From the NCBI GenBank assembly GCA_045567955.1, contig JBJLBX010000013.1:2226-66225 (forward strand): a stretch of 64,000 bases of DNA, in the 5' to 3' direction. The translations under genes were made by a program, and so were the position numbers. The notes below the pieces were generated by a model. It searched no databases, was not told the origin of the DNA, and was given only the letters and a program-made list of their open reading frames with translations. The DNA comes from Candidatus Poseidoniales archaeon. GTDB lineage: Archaea > Thermoplasmatota > Poseidoniia > MGIII > CG-Epi1. Below are positions 1 through 14,044 of the stretch, piece after piece (position 1 is the first letter of the stretch; every line of letters begins with the position of its first letter).

Positions 1-1
1 A

Positions 2-3378
<3,377 letters not shown>

Positions 3379-3385
3379 ACTTTAT

Positions 3386-3619
3386 TTAATCCTCAAACAT
3401 TTTTTTTGTTGATTTAATAGTTTCACCTGCAGAAATTAAAACATCACCTGTTGATTCGACTACATCTCCCATCTTATCAGTTACTCCTTCAGCCTGTTCT
3501 GCAGCCTTTTGCATTAGATCTTTTGACATATCTGAAACTTTCTGTGCAAGGAATTTCAAATCCTCCAATGCTTCATCTAAACCTAATGATTCTATTTTAG
3601 TTTCTTTTTCATCAGCCAT
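3386..3619 (-). CDS. hypothetical small acidic helical protein
   Basis: 77-aa ORF between well-supported genes with no competing frame. No recognisable family motif. Confidence 0.4.
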   Translation of the reverse strand: MADEKETKIESLGLDEALEDLKFLAQKVSDMSKDLMQKAAEQAEGVTDKMGDVVESTGDVLISAGETIKSTKKMFED

Positions 3620-3655
3620 ATTAAGGTAATCTAGTGGTTATAATTAAATCTGTGC

Positions 3656-5418
<1,763 letters not shown>

Positions 5419-6174
5419 CTAATCGCGATCTATTCTTGGAGCTAATAGAAATTTAACATTTCCTTGAGCGCCAGTCATATCATCGACAGCTAAATCAGCA
5501 TCAATTTTAACAGGTAAATCAGTTCCTAAATTGATATGTAATACTCTATCTGCAGGTAAAGAATTGACCATTAATGCAAAGTATTCCAAGGAAAAAAGTG
5601 AAGTAGTATCTTCAGATGAATCTAATTTTTCTAATTGTTCTTTTCCTAGTGATAAGTCAACACTATTTTGATTATCGCCTTCACACACCAATCTAAAACT
5701 ATCCTTAGTAGTTGAAAGTGCTATATGATCTGATACTGTTTTAGAAGCCTTAAGTCCTTGACCAATTTCACCAACAACAACACTTACTGATGCCGGTAAA
5801 TCTAATGAAGGTACTTTTGGATCAGGCATTCCCGAGGTGTCAAGGAGAGGCATTGCTCTTGTAAGATTACCTATGTTCACGACTAGCCTATTTAGGTCAT
5901 CATCTTTTTCAAGTTCAACCATATCAGTTTTTCCAGCAACGGTTAAAACAGTTTTAAATTTATCAATATCAAGTCCCATTTCCATCGGTTTTGCTTCAAA
6001 AACATCAAATCCTGTTTTTGCTAAATTAGTCTCAATCATAGCTACATGAGAGGGATCTACAGCTTTAATTTGTATTCCATCTTCGGTAATATTCAATTTT
6101 GCTTCATCCACTAGTGAACCTACGGTTCCTATGAATTCTTTTAGACTATCTGCTTTGATTCTGGCTTTAAACAC
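5419..6174 (-). CDS. pcn: DNA polymerase sliding clamp PCNA
   Basis: 251 aa. The N-terminus (MFKARIKADSLKEF...ITEDGIQIKAVDPSHVAMIE) and the C-terminus (KFLLAPRID) match the archaeal PCNA pattern. Confidence 0.85.
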   Translation of the reverse strand: MFKARIKADSLKEFIGTVGSLVDEAKLNITEDGIQIKAVDPSHVAMIETNLAKTGFDVFEAKPMEMGLDIDKFKTVLTVAGKTDMVELEKDDDLNRLVVNIGNLTRAMPLLDTSGMPDPKVPSLDLPASVSVVVGEIGQGLKASKTVSDHIALSTTKDSFRLVCEGDNQNSVDLSLGKEQLEKLDSSEDTTSLFSLEYFALMVNSLPADRVLHINLGTDLPVKIDADLAVDDMTGAQGNVKFLLAPRIDRD

Positions 6175-6262
6175 TAAACAACCTCTTACGTTGATTGGTG
6201 GCCGATATTTAACTTTTGTTTATGGTTTTAAAATAGCCATTAATCTAATATACTTAGCTCCG

Positions 6263-6928
6263 ATGAAGATACATTCTACTTCTTGGAGGGAATTTTTGTC
6301 AGAAAAAGATTTAAAAAAAGGTACAACCACTTTGGGGTTGGTTTGCAAAGACGGCATAGTAATGGCAACAGAAATGAGAGCCACAATGGGTAATTTAATA
6401 GGTCATAAGACGACTCAAAAATTGTTCAGAATATCAGATAATATGGGTTTAACAGTTGCAGGTTTAGTTGGCGACGCTCAAATGTTAGCAAGATGGTTAT
6501 CTGCAGAAGTGAAATTATATGAATTAAAGAATGGGAGGCAGATGTCTTTGAGAGCCGCTTCCACTTTAATGGCTAATATCATGAATGGTAGAAGATATAT
6601 GCCTTTCTGGGTTCAGTTACTTTTGGGCGGTATTGATTCAGATGGTTCGCATGTATATTCACTGGATGCTGCAGGTGGTTCAATACCTGATAAATTCCAA
6701 ACAACAGGTTCTGGATCGCCATTTGTTTATGGTGTTTTAGAAGATAGATTTAAGGAAAATATGTCTGTAGCTCAAGGTAAAGAACTTGGTGTAAGAGCTT
6801 TAGTTGCAGCAATGAAAAGAGATTCAGCTTCTGGTGATGGAATATCAATGTGTGTTATAGATTCTAAAGGATATCATCCTGTTTCTCCTGAAGAATTGAA
6901 GAAAATTGAGACTAAATTAGCAGCTTAA
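6263..6928 (+). CDS. psmB: 20S proteasome beta subunit
   Basis: The propeptide ends ...LKKG|TTTLGLV, exposing the catalytic Thr. I chose the ATG at 6263 because the longer 6131 ORF overlaps pcn on the other strand. Confidence 0.85.
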   Translation: MKIHSTSWREFLSEKDLKKGTTTLGLVCKDGIVMATEMRATMGNLIGHKTTQKLFRISDNMGLTVAGLVGDAQMLARWLSAEVKLYELKNGRQMSLRAASTLMANIMNGRRYMPFWVQLLLGGIDSDGSHVYSLDAAGGSIPDKFQTTGSGSPFVYGVLEDRFKENMSVAQGKELGVRALVAAMKRDSASGDGISMCVIDSKGYHPVSPEELKKIETKLAA

Positions 6929-6958
6929 TAGCTACTAAATAATAGAAAAGGAGGTCAA

Positions 6959-8881
6959 ATGGCCGTAGAAGACGTAGTTAAACTAGTCAAGAAAGTCGCG
7001 ACAGAAGTCATACCAGATAGTGTATCTTTTACAGATGTAAAAGTAGAGGCGTCTAACGTAGTATTGTACACTCCAAATGTAGAAATTTTTACAGAGAATA
7101 ATGATTTGGTTCGTAATTTAGCCCAAAAAGTTAGAAAACGAATTGTAATCAAAGCAGATCCTAGCGTTAGAAAGCCAATTATTGCAGCTAAACAAAAACT
7201 TAATGAAATAATACCTGAAGAAGCAGGTGTAGTTGAGATTAAGTTCGATGAAATTAATGGCGATGTTATCATTGAAGCTACGAACCCAGGTAAAGCAATA
7301 GGAAAGCAGGGTGTAGTTCTCAATAAAGTTCGTAGAGAATTGGGTTGGAATCCAGTAGTCTTACGCTCAGCTCCAATGGAATCTAAAACATTGAAAGATG
7401 TTCGAAACTATATGCTTGGAGATAAGGTTGCGGAGGGTCGGAAGAAGTTTTTGGCTAAAGTTGGTAAAAAAATATTCCGTGATACGATTGATGGTGAACA
7501 ACATGTTAGAGTTACTGCATTGGGTGGTTATCGAGAGGTAGGTAGATCATGTCATCTATTAATGACTAAAGACAGCAAAGTATTGATTGATTGTGGTTTT
7601 AATCCTGGCAATGACAAAGAACCAAGTCCATTCCTTAGTGCACCTGAAGCGACGCCTTTAGAAGGAATAGATGCAGTAGTCCTTACTCATGCGCATTTAG
7701 ATCATTCAGCTTTACTTCCAATGTTGTTTGTTTATGGTTTTGATGGACCTATCTATTGTACTCCTCCAACAAGAGAATTATCTTCTCTTTTACAAAATGA
7801 TTTTATAAAAATTCAGAATAGTGAAGGCAAAAGAGTTCCATATAATACAGAACATATTCGTCAATCTATTAGAAATACGATACCTCTAAATTATGGAGAT
7901 ACAACAGATATTGCACCAGATCTCAAATTAACATTTCATAATTCAGGGCATATTTTAGGTTCTGCAGCAGCACATTTCCATGTCGGTGAAGGCCTATATA
8001 ATTTGGTTTTTTCAGGAGATATAAAATTTGAAAATACTTGGCTTTTTGATAGAGCAGTTAATAATTTCCCGAGACTTGAAGCATTAATTATGGAATCTAC
8101 ATATGGTGGTTACAAAGATTTCCAACCACCAAGAGAAGAAGGGACTAGAAATCTTACTGAGATAATTAATAGAACTGTTGAGAGGAAGGGTAAAATCTTG
8201 ATTCCTGTTTTTGCAGTTGGACGTTCACAAGAAGTTATGCTTGTTCTTGAAAAAGCCTATTCTGAAGGAAAGTTGAAGGACATGCCAGTATATTTGGATG
8301 GTATGATATGGGAAGCTACAGCTTTACACTCTGCATATCCAGAGTATTTGAACAATAATCTGCGAAATAAGATTTATCAAAACCAGGATAATCCTTTTAG
8401 ATCAGAAATTTTTAATAAAGTTGAAAGTCCTGAGATGAGGCAGGAAATTTGTGGGAGGGAAGAGCCCGCAATAGTTTTGGCTACTTCAGGTATGGTTAAT
8501 GGTGGGCCAGTTATGGAATATTTACGGCATTGGGCTCCAGATTCAAGAAATAGTATGATATTTGTGGGGTATCAAGCTTCAGGAACTATGGGGCAGAGAT
8601 TACAGCAGGGGGCTAATGAGATACATCTACATGATAGAGAAAATGGAGGTATGGTCCCAGTTAAAGTTAATATGAACTTAGAAACTTGTGAAGGTTTTTC
8701 AGGACATAGTGATAAAAGACAACTAATGAGATATCTAAGAACCATAAGACCACGTCCAAAGATAGTATTATTGAATCATGGGGATGCTCAAACATGTGAG
8801 CAATTTGCAAATGACATTAGAAGAAAAGTAAGATTAGATTGTAGAGTTCCACATAATCTTGAAACAATAAGGTTCTTATAA
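6959..8881 (+). CDS. aCPSF1-type KH / metallo-beta-lactamase / beta-CASP ribonuclease
   Basis: 640 aa. N-terminal KH-like region, metallo-beta-lactamase motif VLTHAHLDHSA and a beta-CASP C-terminal half. Confidence 0.9.
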   Translation: MAVEDVVKLVKKVATEVIPDSVSFTDVKVEASNVVLYTPNVEIFTENNDLVRNLAQKVRKRIVIKADPSVRKPIIAAKQKLNEIIPEEAGVVEIKFDEINGDVIIEATNPGKAIGKQGVVLNKVRRELGWNPVVLRSAPMESKTLKDVRNYMLGDKVAEGRKKFLAKVGKKIFRDTIDGEQHVRVTALGGYREVGRSCHLLMTKDSKVLIDCGFNPGNDKEPSPFLSAPEATPLEGIDAVVLTHAHLDHSALLPMLFVYGFDGPIYCTPPTRELSSLLQNDFIKIQNSEGKRVPYNTEHIRQSIRNTIPLNYGDTTDIAPDLKLTFHNSGHILGSAAAHFHVGEGLYNLVFSGDIKFENTWLFDRAVNNFPRLEALIMESTYGGYKDFQPPREEGTRNLTEIINRTVERKGKILIPVFAVGRSQEVMLVLEKAYSEGKLKDMPVYLDGMIWEATALHSAYPEYLNNNLRNKIYQNQDNPFRSEIFNKVESPEMRQEICGREEPAIVLATSGMVNGGPVMEYLRHWAPDSRNSMIFVGYQASGTMGQRLQQGANEIHLHDRENGGMVPVKVNMNLETCEGFSGHSDKRQLMRYLRTIRPRPKIVLLNHGDAQTCEQFANDIRRKVRLDCRVPHNLETIRFL

Positions 8882-9108
8882 TGAAAGAAATCGAAGATAA
8901 AGTTTTAGAAGTTATCAAAGAATTAGAAAGTTGGGAGAAAAGAGAAAAGAAGGTTAGACTTCGATTAGAAAAAGATGAAGCTGATATCTCTGAATTAGAT
9001 AGAATTAATGAACAAATTTCTCATTATCAGAGTTTGTTACATGATATGAAAAAGAAAATGTCATCAACCGACGTTTCACGTACGATTTTCCGTTCGGGAA
9101 ATCCATAA
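8881..9108 (+). CDS. hypothetical small coiled-coil protein
   Basis: 75-aa K/E-rich ORF whose ATG overlaps the aCPSF1 stop (TAATG). No family motif. Confidence 0.45.
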   Translation: MKEIEDKVLEVIKELESWEKREKKVRLRLEKDEADISELDRINEQISHYQSLLHDMKKKMSSTDVSRTIFRSGNP

Positions 9109-9138
9109 TAATATAGATATAGAATGCCTTTATCATTG

Positions 9139-9215
9139 GGTGAGGTGGCAGAGCCCGGCTATGCACGCGACTGCAGATCGCGACCACGGGAGTTCGAATC
9201 TCTCCCTCACCACCA
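9139..9215 (+). tRNA. tRNA-Cys (GCA), CCA encoded
   Basis: Hand-folded cloverleaf. Acceptor GGTGAGG/CCTCACC, anticodon stem CGCGA/TCGCG with loop CTGCAGA, T arm GGGAG-TTCGAAT-CTCTC, discriminator A followed by CCA. Confidence 0.9.
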
Positions 9216-9218
9216 ATT

Positions 9219-10898
9219 TCACATTCGGTTAGGAGCTTTGATCCCCAGTATTTCTAAACTAGTTTTCAATATTCTTTTTGAAGTGGTTACTAAATTTATT
9301 CGTAATTCTTCACTATTATTTCCTAAAACAGGGCAATCACGATAGAATTGGTTGAAATTTGAAGCTAATTCATGAGTATAATTTGGAATATAGTGAATCG
9401 ATAAATTTGAAACAGCTCTTTGAACAATATCAGGCCATTTAGAAAGAGTTCTCAAAAGTTTTATTTCCGAATTAGACAATTTTTCATTTAACAATACGTC
9501 AGGTATATCTTTTCCATAATTTCGCATTATAGCAGCAGCCCTAGCATGTGAGTACATTGCAAAAGGGGCTGAATCACCTTGCAAGTTAAGAGCGTCTTCT
9601 ATGTTAAAAGTGAAACCCTTTTCAGCTTGTACTTTGAGAATATTATACCTAAGAGATCCTATGCCTATATTTTCAGCTAATTTATTTTTAATATTATTAT
9701 TTAACTCAGTTTCATCTAGTTTCTCTTTTGCTAACTTAACAATCTTTTCCATAATCTCATCTAAGTAGACAACTCTACCAGCTCTAGTGGACATCTTGCC
9801 TCCTGGAAGATTAACAAAAGAATAAAATAAACCTGTTGGTTCTTTAGAATTTAATTCTCTTAGAGCAATGCCTAATAATTTACTTTGTAATCGATGATCT
9901 TCTCCCAATACATTTAGGGCTTTGTCATATTTTTCAAATTTATAAAGATGATAAGCAATATCTCTGGTTGTGTAAAGACTTAATCCATTTTTTCGTGTAA
10001 AAAAGAATTTTTGGTTTCTTCCTGCTATATTTTCACTTTTCAAATCTAAGTAATATGCTCCATCTTCCTCTTTACATAAATCACTATTTTTTAAACTCCC
10101 AATTACTTTTTCTACACTTCCATTTGCTATTAAATCAGATTCATGATAGTAGGTATTCGCCTCAGCACCTAGTCGTTTCAGGGATATTTTCATTCCTTCA
10201 AGCATTTTTTTTGCAGATTCTTTTACTTCTCCAAGTACTTCTAAATCACCCCCTTCAATTTTTTCCATTTTTTGATAAATCTTATCTTTTACATCATCAT
10301 CTTCTTCTAATAGTTTAGATGCCTTTCGATACGCTTCTACTAATTCATGGTCAATTTTATTTTTATTTTTAGCTTTATAATCAGATAATCCAAAAGCTAA
10401 AGTTGCAGCCTGTCTGCCAGTATCATTCACATAGTATTGAGTTTCTACATTGTGTCCATAATATGTCAATAATCGGGCAATACTATCTCCAATTATTGGG
10501 TTTCGAGCTCTTCCCATGTGGAAGGGGCCTGTAGGATTAGCAGATGTGTGTTCGACTAGTATTTTATCAATATTGCCTTTTGTTTTAGCATACGAATCAT
10601 TATTTATTTCATCGATAACATCAATTACAATATCATTCCAGTTAATTATAACATTACAGTATCCCTTTTCAGGTTCAGCAGAGATTACTTGTTCGATGTT
10701 TTTGAGTTTAGAAGCAATTTGAGTAGCTATATCCAAAGGCTTCATTTTCAATATTTTTGCAGCAGGAAAACATACTAAAGCAAAATCACCGATAGGGGGT
10801 TTCAAGTCAACAGGTAGGTCAGGCCAATTCAAATCCTTTGTTATAGATGATACTCTTTCTAAAATCTCATCTATCCTGTTTGCTACTATCTGACTCAC
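9219..10898 (-). CDS. argS: arginyl-tRNA synthetase
   Basis: Class-I HIGH-type motif HTSANPTGPFHMGRARN. 559 aa. C-terminal anticodon-binding domain ends in a terminal Met (…APNRM). Confidence 0.9.
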   Translation of the reverse strand: MSQIVANRIDEILERVSSITKDLNWPDLPVDLKPPIGDFALVCFPAAKILKMKPLDIATQIASKLKNIEQVISAEPEKGYCNVIINWNDIVIDVIDEINNDSYAKTKGNIDKILVEHTSANPTGPFHMGRARNPIIGDSIARLLTYYGHNVETQYYVNDTGRQAATLAFGLSDYKAKNKNKIDHELVEAYRKASKLLEEDDDVKDKIYQKMEKIEGGDLEVLGEVKESAKKMLEGMKISLKRLGAEANTYYHESDLIANGSVEKVIGSLKNSDLCKEEDGAYYLDLKSENIAGRNQKFFFTRKNGLSLYTTRDIAYHLYKFEKYDKALNVLGEDHRLQSKLLGIALRELNSKEPTGLFYSFVNLPGGKMSTRAGRVVYLDEIMEKIVKLAKEKLDETELNNNIKNKLAENIGIGSLRYNILKVQAEKGFTFNIEDALNLQGDSAPFAMYSHARAAAIMRNYGKDIPDVLLNEKLSNSEIKLLRTLSKWPDIVQRAVSNLSIHYIPNYTHELASNFNQFYRDCPVLGNNSEELRINLVTTSKRILKTSLEILGIKAPNRM

Positions 10899-10928
10899 AA
10901 ATATGTTGTACTAAAAGGGGGTATAAGC

Positions 10929-11687
10929 TTATCCAATATATCTTGAAATGGAAGATGAAACTTCAGGAGGGGCTTGTTCCCTTACATTTTGTACTTCCTG
11001 TTCGAGGTTTTTTGCTTCTTTAAGTAATGGTTTTGGATCTAGTTCAATAGCTAATAAAAGTTCATCTATAGCTTTGATAACATCGGCTGCAGCTCTTGCA
11101 TCTGGAACATCTTCACTTACTTCAGCTAAAAGACCAAGAACATTGAAATCAAGTATTTTCCCTTCATTCAAAAAAGCGGCAGTGGTTCCTCCGACAGTTC
11201 CAAAAGTAAATGGTTTTACTTTTGCATCTTTAATCCACGGTCTAGCTCCAATCGTGGAAGTTATGCCATATACATCATTATTATCACCCTTTTCTTTTGG
11301 AGGTGAGCTGAATCCTTCGGCTGAAATTATCTTTTGACAACCTTTCTTAATAGCCCAATTAGTTAGTGAACTAACCAATTCCTTAATCATTTCAGGGGGT
11401 GGTGTGAATTCACTTACACAGACTACAACTCGGTTACAGGTTCCATCATTACAAAATTGTTTACCAGAGTATAGTCTTAACGGATTATGTGGTTCTCCAT
11501 TCTTAATTATCGAAATAGCAGGAAAATTAGGGCTATCTATTATTCCTATTTGCTCTAATTTTAAAGTATTAATTAGAAAATTTGAAACAATGGTACCAAT
11601 AAGTCCCACGCTAGGAAAACCTACAATTAAAACAGAATCTTTTAAATCTTTTTCAACTATTTCATGAATTACTATGGACTTATTCAT
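10929..11687 (-). CDS. PAC2-family (proteasome assembly chaperone-like) protein
   Basis: 252 aa. The N-terminus (LIVGFPSVGLIGTIVSNFLI...) and overall layout resemble archaeal PAC2/PbaB-like proteins. The family call is from memory of the pattern only. Confidence 0.5.
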   Translation of the reverse strand: MNKSIVIHEIVEKDLKDSVLIVGFPSVGLIGTIVSNFLINTLKLEQIGIIDSPNFPAISIIKNGEPHNPLRLYSGKQFCNDGTCNRVVVCVSEFTPPPEMIKELVSSLTNWAIKKGCQKIISAEGFSSPPKEKGDNNDVYGITSTIGARPWIKDAKVKPFTFGTVGGTTAAFLNEGKILDFNVLGLLAEVSEDVPDARAAADVIKAIDELLLAIELDPKPLLKEAKNLEQEVQNVREQAPPEVSSSISRYIG

Positions 11688-12058
11688 AGAAGTTCATCAA
11701 GATCAGCATCGTCTTCTAAATCTGGAAGATCAGCATCATCGTCTAATAGGTCACCCAAATCGTCGTCGATTTCATCATCGTCATCACTAAAATCTTCTTT
11801 TAGTGAATCACTTCCGCCACCAACAACTTTTAAGCGAGTCCATAGTGAAAATTCCGAAATATCACTTCTGCTTGCAAAACGGTTAGCATCACTAACTGTG
11901 CGGAATTTACCTAAGATAGGGTCACCTTCACCAGGGTCAGCAGGAAGCATAACATATCTTTCTTTATTGACGATATCACCGACAAGAAGCCGGACAGCTT
12001 TTAGAACATCAGGATTAGATTCAGACATTTTTAACTCAAACATCCTATCTAGCCTCAT
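11684..12058 (-). CDS. hypothetical protein with poly-acidic C-terminal tail
   Basis: 124 aa: an ~80-aa globular part followed by a D/E-rich tail (DFSDDDDEIDDDLGDLLDDDADLPDLEDDADLDELL). 4-nt overlap with the downstream PAC2-like gene. Confidence 0.55.
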   Translation of the reverse strand: MRLDRMFELKMSESNPDVLKAVRLLVGDIVNKERYVMLPADPGEGDPILGKFRTVSDANRFASRSDISEFSLWTRLKVVGGGSDSLKEDFSDDDDEIDDDLGDLLDDDADLPDLEDDADLDELL

Positions 12059-12126
12059 TTAAATAATTTTATGGTGACTCCAATATAAACCAAAGGAGTT
12101 ATTTACTCATTTGTTTCAATGATATT

Positions 12127-13149
12127 ATGTCTAATCGTAAATCTCTTGTTTTAAGAGGTGTTGCAGAATGTGTTACAGAAGAAGAACTAGATAAGTTACT
12201 TTCTAATAAAAATAATCCCAAAGCATATATTGGTTTTGAACCATCTGGATTGCTACATGCAGGTTCATTGGTTCCAATGTTAAAGTGTAAAGAGCTTGTT
12301 GAAGCTGGGTTTGAAGTTATTATTCTTTTAGCAGATTGGCATGGTTATATCAATGATAAACTTGGAGGTAATTGGGATAATCTAAAGGCAGGTGTAGATT
12401 ATCAAAGACAGATGTTTTCAGTTTTTTGCCCTGGTGTAAAATTTAGAACTGCAAGTGAATTAGTTAAAGAAGAAGGATATTGGGAAATGGTCCTTCGTGT
12501 TTCAAAAGCAAGTAGTCTCAAGCGAATGCGTAGGGCTCTTTCAATTATGGGTAGAGATGAAGTAGATGGGGATAAGGACATGTCGAAGTTTTTTTACCCT
12601 GCAATGCAAGCAACAGATATTTACGCACTTAATGTCGATTTAGCTTTAGGTGGTATGGATCAGCGCCATGCACATATGTTAGCAAGAGATGCCGCAGACA
12701 AGTTAAAACTATCCAAACCAGTTGCATTACATACACCTCTTCTTGGTTCATTATCAGGCCCAGGGAGAATGGATGCCGATGCTAAGATGTCTAAATCCAA
12801 TCCATCAGGAACTTTGTTAATTCATGATAACAAAAAGGTTTTAACTAAGAAATTATCAAAGGCATATTGTCCATTAGAGAGAGAGGGTAATCCTGTTCTT
12901 GACATATGGGAGCACTTACTTGAACCAGCATTAGATAAAATTGTAATCGAAAGACCTGAAAAATTTGGTGGTAATTTAGAGTTTGATTCTTATTCTGATT
13001 TAGAAGAATCTTACCTTTCAGGTTCATTGCATCCATTAGATTTGAAAAATGGTACTGCAGCAGCTCTTTTTCAGGTGGTAAAACCAATGCAGGGCGCCTG
13101 TGATGAAAACTCAGAGTATTATGATTCTTTAGTTTCTAGTTTAGAATGA
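12127..13149 (+). CDS. tyrS: tyrosyl-tRNA synthetase (archaeal type)
   Basis: AYIGFEPSGLLHAGS, LLADWHGY, GGMDQRHAHMLARD, KMSKS and KAYCP...EGNPV, co-linear with my memory of M. jannaschii TyrRS. Confidence 0.9.
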   Translation: MSNRKSLVLRGVAECVTEEELDKLLSNKNNPKAYIGFEPSGLLHAGSLVPMLKCKELVEAGFEVIILLADWHGYINDKLGGNWDNLKAGVDYQRQMFSVFCPGVKFRTASELVKEEGYWEMVLRVSKASSLKRMRRALSIMGRDEVDGDKDMSKFFYPAMQATDIYALNVDLALGGMDQRHAHMLARDAADKLKLSKPVALHTPLLGSLSGPGRMDADAKMSKSNPSGTLLIHDNKKVLTKKLSKAYCPLEREGNPVLDIWEHLLEPALDKIVIERPEKFGGNLEFDSYSDLEESYLSGSLHPLDLKNGTAAALFQVVKPMQGACDENSEYYDSLVSSLE

Positions 13150-13202
13150 TAAAATTGAAATAGTAAAAAAACGAATAGACTCAAGATTATGAAATGGGGA
13201 AT

Positions 13203-13577
13203 TTAGTTGTCCATATGGCTGGCATTCAGTTTTGGAGGTTCTTGAATGTTTGCAGCCTTAAATTCACCGTGAGAAGGTATTTGTGAGATTGCTTTTTCAA
13301 TCCAAATTCTCATTTCTTTAAGGTCTATATTTTTGTAATTTTCAGGAAATGTTTGTAACAGTTCAGGTAATTGTCTCATCAACCTTTGTGCCGCTCGGAA
13401 ATTTCCAGTTTCGAGATGTACTGCTAGTGCATCTGCTTGAGCTAAGGTTTGTATTGTATCCTTCTCTTGACGATTATCTAATTCTAACCATAAATCCTCA
13501 AAAAGTTCGTGAGCTTCATGATAATCTCCTGAATTATGTTCTTTGAGGGCATTATTCCATAACTCCTTAGTATTCAT
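13203..13577 (-). CDS. DUF309-like helical protein
   Basis: 124 aa. The motif YHEAHELFEDLW is reminiscent of DUF309. TAATG-coupled to the upstream gene. Confidence 0.45.
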   Translation of the reverse strand: MNTKELWNNALKEHNSGDYHEAHELFEDLWLELDNRQEKDTIQTLAQADALAVHLETGNFRAAQRLMRQLPELLQTFPENYKNIDLKEMRIWIEKAISQIPSHGEFKAANIQEPPKLNASHMDN

Positions 13578-14044
13578 TAGTGCCAGCGATGATATGCAGG
13601 ATGTCCTTCTTTTACAGCAACAAATAGTCCCCTACCTGTTGCACAGGTTTTTCCATCAGCTTTTAATTCAATAATTACTTCAGCTCTATCATTTTGCAAA
13701 CCTAATACTCTGCTTTTTAGAATAAGTTTAGGACCAAATGGAGTAGGCCTTTTCAATTTTACTTCATACTGAGCAGTTACAGTGCATTGAGGTTCATCAA
13801 ATCCATTTTTGTCCATTATTGCGATCGCAGCAGTCCAGTTTCCATGGCAATCAATTAGCGAACCTATTATTCCACCATTTATGACTCCAGGAAATGCTTG
13901 GTGTTTTTCTTCACATTCAAATTCCATTTCTAGTCCATCATCTATTCTATAAGATTTAATTTGTAAACCTTCTTTATTCGATGGTCCACAACCAAAACAG
14001 ATAGAATTAGGTGCATATTTATCTTGTACAGCCTTGTTACTCAT
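13577..14044 (-). CDS. hotdog-fold (PaaI-type) thioesterase
   Basis: 155 aa. N-terminal CFGCGPSNKEGLQI and the hotdog-core pattern GVINGGIIGSLIDCHG. Confidence 0.65.
   Translation of the reverse strand: MSNKAVQDKYAPNSICFGCGPSNKEGLQIKSYRIDDGLEMEFECEEKHQAFPGVINGGIIGSLIDCHGNWTAAIAIMDKNGFDEPQCTVTAQYEVKLKRPTPFGPKLILKSRVLGLQNDRAEVIIELKADGKTCATGRGLFVAVKEGHPAYHRWH

Noticed and set aside
3386-3619. Possible paralogy between the 77-aa protein and the N-terminus of the 160-aa protein at 44445-44927 (shared KA-E-AEGV-D and SAG strings).
   Set aside because: The similarity is confined to short low-complexity Ala/Glu/Lys helical segments, which is too weak to call without an alignment statistic.
6131-6262. 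An N-terminal 44-aa extension of the proteasome beta ORF.
   Set aside because: The extension overlaps the pcn coding region on the opposite strand and contains no proteasome-like sequence. The ATG at 6263 gives a normal propeptide ending in G|TTT.
9005-9345. ORFs 9005-9187 (-) and 9124-9345 (+).
   Set aside because: Both run across the well-folded tRNA-Cys gene and into the argS 3' end. They have no motifs and are spurious.
11664-12062. A 132-aa Ser-rich plus-strand ORF.
   Set aside because: It is the antisense shadow of the poly-acidic tail gene (GAT/GAA repeats read as ATC/TTC/TCx) and is low-complexity only.
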